The notes under the pieces: model-generated
What the model was told of the DNA's origin: nothing
The model's input: the letters and a program-made list of their open reading frames with translations, nothing else
Databases searched by the model: none
Translations under genes and position numbers: made by a program
Origin: Cyclobacteriaceae bacterium
Lineage (GTDB): Bacteria; Bacteroidota; Bacteroidia; Cytophagales; Cyclobacteriaceae
Direction: 5' to 3'
Length of the DNA: 41,617 bases
Assembly (NCBI GenBank): GCA_046703645.1
Contig: JBJKSY010000070.1
Location: 1 to 41,617 of the forward strand
Shown: piece by piece, positions 35,732 to 41,617 of the stretch
Position numbering within the stretch: position 1 is the first letter of the stretch
Layout: each line of letters begins with the position of its first letter

Positions 35732-37699
35732 ATGAAGAACCGGTTGCCTGTTTACATGCTGTTGTTATCCGCAATAATTTTTATGACCCATTGTACAAGC
35801 CGTCACAGGACCTGGACATTGTCCTCTCCCGACAAAAACTTGACCATTATTTTAAACTGGCAGAACAAAGACTCAGCCAGTGCAGAACTTACCTACTCTG
35901 TTACTTCCAATTTCGGGGATCAAACAGATACGATAATCGAAAGTTCTCCCCTTGGCATAAAAAGGAAGGATGCAGATTTTTCAAAGCATCTAATACCAGG
36001 TAAGAACGACAAGCAAAATCAGATTAATGAAACCTATGATATGCTTACAGGAAAGCAAAAGGTAATAGAAAATAATGCCAATACCCTAAGCGTAAACTTC
36101 AGGACAAAATCCGGAAAATCCCTTTTCATCGATCTGCGGGCTTACAATGACGGAGTGGCCTTTCGATACAGATTCCCGGAGACCGACAGCACGATCTATA
36201 CAGTCACTGGAGAATCTACAGGATTTCATATCCCCGTCCCCGGAAAATGCTGGATGCAACCCTATGATCATGTAACCAGGTATTCCCCGGCTTATGAAAC
36301 ATATTATCAGAACGGAATCGATATCGGAACAACGTCACCTATTGATAACGGATGGTGTTTCCCTGCTTTGTTTAACACAAAAGGCGTATGGATGCTCATC
36401 AGCGAAGCTAACCTGGGACCCGATTTCTATGGGGCCCATCTGCAACCTGAAGCTAAAAACGGAATGTACCGGATCCGGTTGCCCGAAAAGGAAGAGGCCC
36501 TGGAAAAATGTTCCCGTTACCCTTCTTCCACGCTTCCCTGGGCAAGTCCCTGGCGACTGATCATCGCCGGGAAAACACCGGGCACAATCCTGGAAAGTAA
36601 CATGGTCAACAATTTAAGCGATCCTTCCAAAATCAAGGATACAAGCTGGATTGTTCCAGGAAAGGCGTCCTGGAGCTGGTGGAGCGATCCGCCAAGCCCC
36701 CGTGATTATCTCAAGCAACTTCCCTTTGTTCAGCTTGCAAAAGAAATGAATTGGAAATATACCCTCGTCGATGCCACCTGGAACATGATGAAAAACGGGA
36801 ATGTCGGGAAACTTGCCAAATATGCCGACAGCCTTGGAGTCGGGCTCTGGCTCTGGTATAACAGCGGCGGCCCCTATAATACAGTTACTGAAGCTCCCAG
36901 GGATCGCATGTTTGACAGGAAAATAAGAAGGGAGGAATTTAAGCGCATCAGCGAAATGGGGATCAAGGGCGTAAAGATAGATTTTTTCCAGAGCGATAAA
37001 CCTGCTGTCATTAAATTATACCATGATATCCTGGAAGATGCCGCTGATTTCAAGATCATGGTGAATTTTCACGGCTGCACAATTCCAAGGGGCTGGGCCA
37101 GGACCTATCCCAATAACCTTAGTTGCGAAGCCGTAAAAGGTGCGGAAAATTACCAGTTCGATCCGACCTTTCCCGAAGAAGCTCCTATCCAGAACACCAT
37201 CCTTCCTTTTACTCGGAATGCAATCGGTTCAATGGATTATACGCCGGTAGCCTTTTCCGACCAGACCTATAAACATCTTACAACATGGGCTCATGAGCTG
37301 GCACTCACGGTGGTCTTTGAAAGCGGTATTGAACATTTTGCCGATAAAGTTTCAGCTTATCTGAACCTTCCTGATTTTGCTAAAAAATTCCTGAGCGAAG
37401 TTCCCAACACCTGGGATGAAACGAAATACCTTGAAGGTTACCCGGGAAAATATCTTGTACTGGCACGCAAAAAGAACAATACCTGGTATGTCGGAGGGAT
37501 TAACGGGTTAAATGATTCAACATCCGTAACCATTCAAATGCCTTTTATAGATGACGGCAGTTATCTGTTGGAAATAATTACGGACGGTGAAAGACCAGGG
37601 ATGTTCATGTATTACAAGAAACCCTTTGACCGAAACACTAAAATTCCGCTGACCCTCGAACCCCGGGGTGGATTTGTCGCCAGGCTTTTAAAACCGTAA
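35732..37699 (+). CDS. Glycoside hydrolase family 97 (alpha-glucosidase/alpha-galactosidase type) lipoprotein
   Basis: IFMTHCTS lipobox. Length is 655 aa. YTLVDATWN, GVKIDFFQSD and NFHGCTIPRGWARTYPN blocks are typical of GH97. Confidence 0.85.
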   Translation: MKNRLPVYMLLLSAIIFMTHCTSRHRTWTLSSPDKNLTIILNWQNKDSASAELTYSVTSNFGDQTDTIIESSPLGIKRKDADFSKHLIPGKNDKQNQINETYDMLTGKQKVIENNANTLSVNFRTKSGKSLFIDLRAYNDGVAFRYRFPETDSTIYTVTGESTGFHIPVPGKCWMQPYDHVTRYSPAYETYYQNGIDIGTTSPIDNGWCFPALFNTKGVWMLISEANLGPDFYGAHLQPEAKNGMYRIRLPEKEEALEKCSRYPSSTLPWASPWRLIIAGKTPGTILESNMVNNLSDPSKIKDTSWIVPGKASWSWWSDPPSPRDYLKQLPFVQLAKEMNWKYTLVDATWNMMKNGNVGKLAKYADSLGVGLWLWYNSGGPYNTVTEAPRDRMFDRKIRREEFKRISEMGIKGVKIDFFQSDKPAVIKLYHDILEDAADFKIMVNFHGCTIPRGWARTYPNNLSCEAVKGAENYQFDPTFPEEAPIQNTILPFTRNAIGSMDYTPVAFSDQTYKHLTTWAHELALTVVFESGIEHFADKVSAYLNLPDFAKKFLSEVPNTWDETKYLEGYPGKYLVLARKKNNTWYVGGINGLNDSTSVTIQMPFIDDGSYLLEIITDGERPGMFMYYKKPFDRNTKIPLTLEPRGGFVARLLKP

Positions 37700-37747
37700 A
37701 GCACCCTGTGATTCAAAATATGAAAATCAATTATTTTAAAAACGAAT

Positions 37748-39505
37748 ATGAAAATCATTCTTGTTATAATAACGGCCGGCTTCCTTTTATTGGCTGCCTG
37801 CCGGGAAAAACAGACCCCTGCAACTGTCATGTCGAATAATGATTCTGTCTTTCAGGCATTTTCGGATAATTTCCTGGACGGGTATTTTTCCTGGAGACCT
37901 CAGCTTGCCGTATACATGGGACTTCATGACTATGATGGTAAAATAACGGATTATAGCAAATCATCCATTGACAGGGAACTTGAGAGGTTAAAGGAATATG
38001 AATCCAAAATAGCAGGCCTGGCACCCGGTTCGCTGAGCCCAAAAGTGTACTATGATCAGCGAATTATATTATCGGGGATCCGGAAAGAGATTTTTAATTT
38101 CGAGGATATGAATTCCTACACATTGAACCCGATGACCTATGCGGGCTCAATGGATGTGAACATATATATCAGCAGGAATTTCGCCCCGCTTGAAAACAGG
38201 ATCCGGTCAATCATTGATATTGAAAACAAAGCGCCGGAAGTTTTTGATGCCGCCAGGGCGAACCTTCAGGACTCCTTACCTCTCCCCTATATTCAACTGG
38301 CGGTCGATATTGCGAAGGGTTCGGCCGACTTTCTCTCCAAAGATCTGGTAATGGCTCTTAAAGGCGAAAAAAATGATACATTAATGACTGCCTTCAGGAA
38401 ATCCAATAAAACCGCCATCGACCAGCTCAATTCCTTTGCCGCCTACCTTGAAAAGGAAAAACTCCCGAAAGCCAATAATAAGTTTGCAATCGGAAAAGAA
38501 AAATATCAGAGAATGCTGGAAACGGAATACATCGATCTGTCCCCGGATACACTTCTTACCATAGGACTTGCACAACTGAAAAAGGAACAAATGAATTTCG
38601 ATGCAGCCGCTCATATCATCAACCCGAACGAAAAACCCATTGATGTTTACCATGATATTCAGAAAGAACATCCGACAGCAGATAACCTGATACCCAGGGC
38701 CCGCCAGGATCTCGAAAAAATCAGGCAATTTATTGTTACAAATAAAATCGTAACGATCCCATCAGATGTCAGGGCAACTGTAAAAGAGACTCCTCAATAT
38801 GCACGTTCAACCAGCACGGCATCCATGGATACGCCTGGGCCTTTTGAAACCAGGGCCACCGAGGCTTATTATTATGTAACACCGGTGGATCCGTCCTGGA
38901 CTGCCCGGCAGAAGGAAGACTGGCTCAGGATGTTTGATTTTTATACCATGGACAATGTAAGTGTCCACGAAGCTTACCCCGGACATTATGTCCAGTTCCT
39001 GCATCTCAATGCTTCCCCTGCCACAAAAATTGAAAAGATATTCGGCAGCTATGCTTTCATAGAAGGCTGGGCGCATTACTGTGAAGAAATGATGATCGAA
39101 CAGGGCTGGGGAAATGACGGAGATCCGGTAACGGCTGCCAAATACAAACTGGCTCAGTCAGGGGATGCGCTGTTGCGCTTGTGCAGGCTTTGCGTTTCTC
39201 TCCAGGAACATTGCAAAGGGATGACAGTAGACCAGGCTACAAAATTTTTTATGGATAACTGGTACCAGGGAGAAAATCCTTCGCACCAGGAAGCTCTTCG
39301 CGGCACCTTCGACCCGGGATATCTATTTTATACCCTGGGAAAATGGCAGATCATGAAACTCAGGGAGGATTACAAAAAACAGGAAGGTGATAATTATTCC
39401 CTGGAGAAATTCAATGACCTGATACTTGATAACGGGATGCCCCCGATCCGGTTACTGCGCGAGGTCCTGCTGAAAGATAAAAACCAATGGGATGCAATTC
39501 TTTAA
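37748..39505 (+). CDS. DUF885 family protein (putative metallopeptidase-like) lipoprotein
   Basis: LLLAACREK lipobox. Length is 585 aa. The HEAYPGHY motif and overall layout are typical of DUF885. Confidence 0.8.
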   Translation: MKIILVIITAGFLLLAACREKQTPATVMSNNDSVFQAFSDNFLDGYFSWRPQLAVYMGLHDYDGKITDYSKSSIDRELERLKEYESKIAGLAPGSLSPKVYYDQRIILSGIRKEIFNFEDMNSYTLNPMTYAGSMDVNIYISRNFAPLENRIRSIIDIENKAPEVFDAARANLQDSLPLPYIQLAVDIAKGSADFLSKDLVMALKGEKNDTLMTAFRKSNKTAIDQLNSFAAYLEKEKLPKANNKFAIGKEKYQRMLETEYIDLSPDTLLTIGLAQLKKEQMNFDAAAHIINPNEKPIDVYHDIQKEHPTADNLIPRARQDLEKIRQFIVTNKIVTIPSDVRATVKETPQYARSTSTASMDTPGPFETRATEAYYYVTPVDPSWTARQKEDWLRMFDFYTMDNVSVHEAYPGHYVQFLHLNASPATKIEKIFGSYAFIEGWAHYCEEMMIEQGWGNDGDPVTAAKYKLAQSGDALLRLCRLCVSLQEHCKGMTVDQATKFFMDNWYQGENPSHQEALRGTFDPGYLFYTLGKWQIMKLREDYKKQEGDNYSLEKFNDLILDNGMPPIRLLREVLLKDKNQWDAIL

Positions 39506-39801
39506 ATATCCGTACTTAATTTATGAATTGACCTGAGTTTAATTAAATCGCAGTTTATAGGAGAACGTTTTGCATTCTTTGAACATCAGCTTTCCGTATG
39601 ACTGATTCATTGGTGAATTTTTAATAGTGCCTATTAATAATAATCGGCCATGAATCCAATACTTTCAGTACGCAACCGACGATAGAAAAATACTTTACGA
39701 TCAAACGGGGAAAGGATGTCCTGACCTGTGAAAAATGAGCGAAATTCCTGCAAAAAAAATAATATTGAAATAAATCCACGTTATCCTTAAAATGTATTTT
39801 C

Positions 39802-40539
39802 TTGAAAAAGTTATATCTCACGCTGATCCTGCATTTAATGATCTCCGGGGTTTGTTTCGGTCAGTACAGATTTCATCGGAATTCATCCTTTCAGAATAAC
39901 CGCGACGTCGGATATATAAGTTTCAGAAAAAATGTTGTTCCTGCCTGCCTTATCACCGGAGGCATACTGATTGATGCATTTCATATTAAGAAGCAGGTAC
40001 AGGATTTTTTTCCGGGAACGGATATTCACATTGAAGATTTCCTGCAGTATGTACCCATTGCGATCCTATACGGGGGAGATCTTGTGGAAGAAGATCATGC
40101 CAATACGGTATTTGACCAGACAAAATATTTGATCATTTCAGAACTCGCTACCGGCATTCTTACCCATGCCTTAAAATTATCCATACCTGAAATGCGTCCC
40201 GACGGAGGCACCCAGTCATTCCCCTCAGGGCATACCTCCCTGTCCTTTTCTGCCGCTTCGGTTGTATATAATGAATTCATAGACGACAATTCCAAACTCG
40301 CATCATGGGGATATACATTTTCAACGGCTACCGGTTTGTTACGTATCACCAACAACCGTCACTGGGTTCCTGATGTGCTGGTGGGCGCCGGGATGGCCAT
40401 GATCATTACCAACCTGGTATATTATTTTGAACCGCTGAAAAACTGGGACCCCTTCCACTGGAATAACAGGTATGCTGTCATCCCGCAGGTTCAGCCTGAC
40501 CTAAAAGCATTCGCTATAAGCATCTCATACAGGCCATAA
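39802..40539 (+). CDS. PAP2 (type 2 phosphatidic acid phosphatase) family protein
   Basis: A TTG start gives MKKLYLTLILHLMISGVCFG. All three acid-phosphatase motifs are present: K-x6-RP (KLSIPEMRP), PSGH, and R-x5-H-x3-D (RITNNRHWVPD). Confidence 0.8.
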   Translation: MKKLYLTLILHLMISGVCFGQYRFHRNSSFQNNRDVGYISFRKNVVPACLITGGILIDAFHIKKQVQDFFPGTDIHIEDFLQYVPIAILYGGDLVEEDHANTVFDQTKYLIISELATGILTHALKLSIPEMRPDGGTQSFPSGHTSLSFSAASVVYNEFIDDNSKLASWGYTFSTATGLLRITNNRHWVPDVLVGAGMAMIITNLVYYFEPLKNWDPFHWNNRYAVIPQVQPDLKAFAISISYRP

Positions 40540-40715
40540 TAGAAATTTATTGCGGATTGCAATTAATCACGGCCTCATATCATTCCCTGAAAGGATTATC
40601 TTTTAACCCTTCAGTTCTATGCGGCCGGGAATTACCCGGCAAAATAAGCGATTTTTCTTTGCCCCGATTCGGGAAAATTTTGATAAATTGTCCGGGTTAA
40701 AGAACTTTTAATACC

Positions 40716-41617
40716 ATGAAATTTTTTATACCGGGAATTATCCTCCTGCTGTTCATTATCAATCCTGCAACCGGCCAGCCAAATTATGATGAATCCAAGG
40801 TGCCGGTCTTCACGCTTCCTCCCCTGCTTTCAGCACAGAACGGAAGTCAGATTACCACTCCTGATGCCTGGTGGCATATACGCCGTCCGGAAATCCTGAA
40901 CATGTTCCGGGAAGAGGAATACGGGAAGGTGCCTGACAACCGTGTTCAGGTTGATTACAAGATCCTGACAGATATAAAAGGGGATCTTGGGGGAAAAGCC
41001 GACATGCAGGAAGTTCAGATGATCATTTCAGGGAATAATAAAACCCTGATCGCTAATCTCCTGATCTATCTTCCCTCGGATGCCAGTGGTCCTGTGCCGG
41101 TATTTCTTGGTTGTAATTTCAATGGAAATCAGGCAGTATTTCCTGACCCGGCAATTCAATTAAGTCCGGGATGGGTTATGAATAATCCTATGCTGGATAT
41201 AGCCGATCATAAGGCCAATGATGTATCCCGTGGATCTGACGAGGAAAGATATCCTGTTTTAAGAATTCTTCAACGGGGATACGGTTTTGCCACTTTTAAT
41301 TATGGTGATATCGATCCGGATTATAACGGAGGTTTTTCGGAAGGCCTTCAGACCCTATTCTATAAACCGGGTCAGACAAAACCGCTTCCGGATGAATGGG
41401 GAGCCATAGGGGCCTGGGCATGGGGTCTCAGCCGGGCTATGGATTACCTTGTTAAAGATCCTGGCGTCGACCCGAAAAAAGTGATTGTTTTCGGTCATTC
41501 AAGGTTGGGAAAAACGGCATTATGGGCAGGCGCCACCGATCAGCGCTTTGCCATGGTTATTTCGAATGAATCGGGATGCGGAGGAGCCGCCCTTTCAAAA
41601 AGAAAGTTCGGAGAAAC
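40716..41617 (+). CDS. Carbohydrate esterase family 15 (glucuronoyl esterase)-like protein, 3' end cut by the window edge
   Basis: This CDS is not in the ORF track because it has no stop before the window end. My own translation from the ATG at 40716 gives a signal peptide, then WGAIGAWAWGLSRAMDYL, then the GHSRLGKTALWAGA nucleophile block (the GxSRxG motif of CE15). Confidence 0.75.
   Translation, partial: MKFFIPGIILLLFIINPATGQPNYDESKVPVFTLPPLLSAQNGSQITTPDAWWHIRRPEILNMFREEEYGKVPDNRVQVDYKILTDIKGDLGGKADMQEVQMIISGNNKTLIANLLIYLPSDASGPVPVFLGCNFNGNQAVFPDPAIQLSPGWVMNNPMLDIADHKANDVSRGSDEERYPVLRILQRGYGFATFNYGDIDPDYNGGFSEGLQTLFYKPGQTKPLPDEWGAIGAWAWGLSRAMDYLVKDPGVDPKKVIVFGHSRLGKTALWAGATDQRFAMVISNESGCGGAALSKRKFGE

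Noticed and set aside
39621-39821. 66-aa minus-strand ORF in the DUF885-PAP2 intergenic region.
   Set aside because: It lies in AT-rich promoter-like DNA and overlaps the PAP2 start. It has no motifs, so it is likely spurious.
40623-40640. GCCGGG-AATTA-CCCGGC hairpin downstream of the PAP2 gene as a terminator.
   Set aside because: A 6-bp stem with no adjacent T-run on either strand is insufficient to call.
25350-41617. Possible polysaccharide utilisation locus. The region holds a beta-helix protein, a sulfatase-like protein, GH97, a PIG-L deacetylase and CE15.
   Set aside because: There is no SusC/SusD pair or hybrid two-component/ECF regulator in the window. The genes are on mixed strands with unrelated genes between them. 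I treat them as scattered secreted hydrolases.
1-41617. Search for defence systems, mobile elements, DGR or retron components, toxin-antitoxin pairs and prophage remnants.
   Set aside because: I recognised no reverse transcriptase, nuclease or helicase pair, integrase, transposase, terminal inverted repeats or tRNA attachment site in any frame. The window reads as core or accessory metabolism and surface proteins.

Overview
This 41.6-kb window looks like an ordinary chromosomal segment. It is most consistent with a Bacteroidota genome. This is inference from many lipoprotein-type signal peptides ending in Cys, DUF4493, GH97, a BspA-like LRR protein, an M56-M23 BlaR1 fusion, TTG/GTG starts and no obvious Shine-Dalgarno sites. 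I can support about 38 protein-coding genes (two cut by the window edges), one nonsense-interrupted pseudogene, one long intergenic tandem repeat, a few rho-independent terminators and two palindromic elements. I found no rRNA, tRNA, CRISPR array, integrase, transposase, phage gene or recognisable defence gene. The most interesting region is 2610-9227. It is a seven-gene corrinoid (B12) methyl-transfer locus that resembles a methionine synthase split into separate proteins: homocysteine-binding, B12-binding and AdoMet-reactivation modules. The methyl-tetrahydrofolate module is absent, and two URO-D/MtaA-type zinc methyltransferases, a PhyH-type dioxygenase and a CobW-type G3E GTPase are present instead. 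Secondary observations are: a 15-bp x 12 tandem repeat directly after that locus; a sulfatase-family lipoprotein with Gly at both the formylglycine Cys position and the GKWHLG His position; a VOC/glyoxalase gene broken by an in-frame TAG at a conserved Tyr; two lamin-tail-domain lipoproteins near a stand-alone CotH kinase homologue; and an 80-nt nested hairpin element. All family assignments come from reading motifs in the supplied translations. No database search was run.
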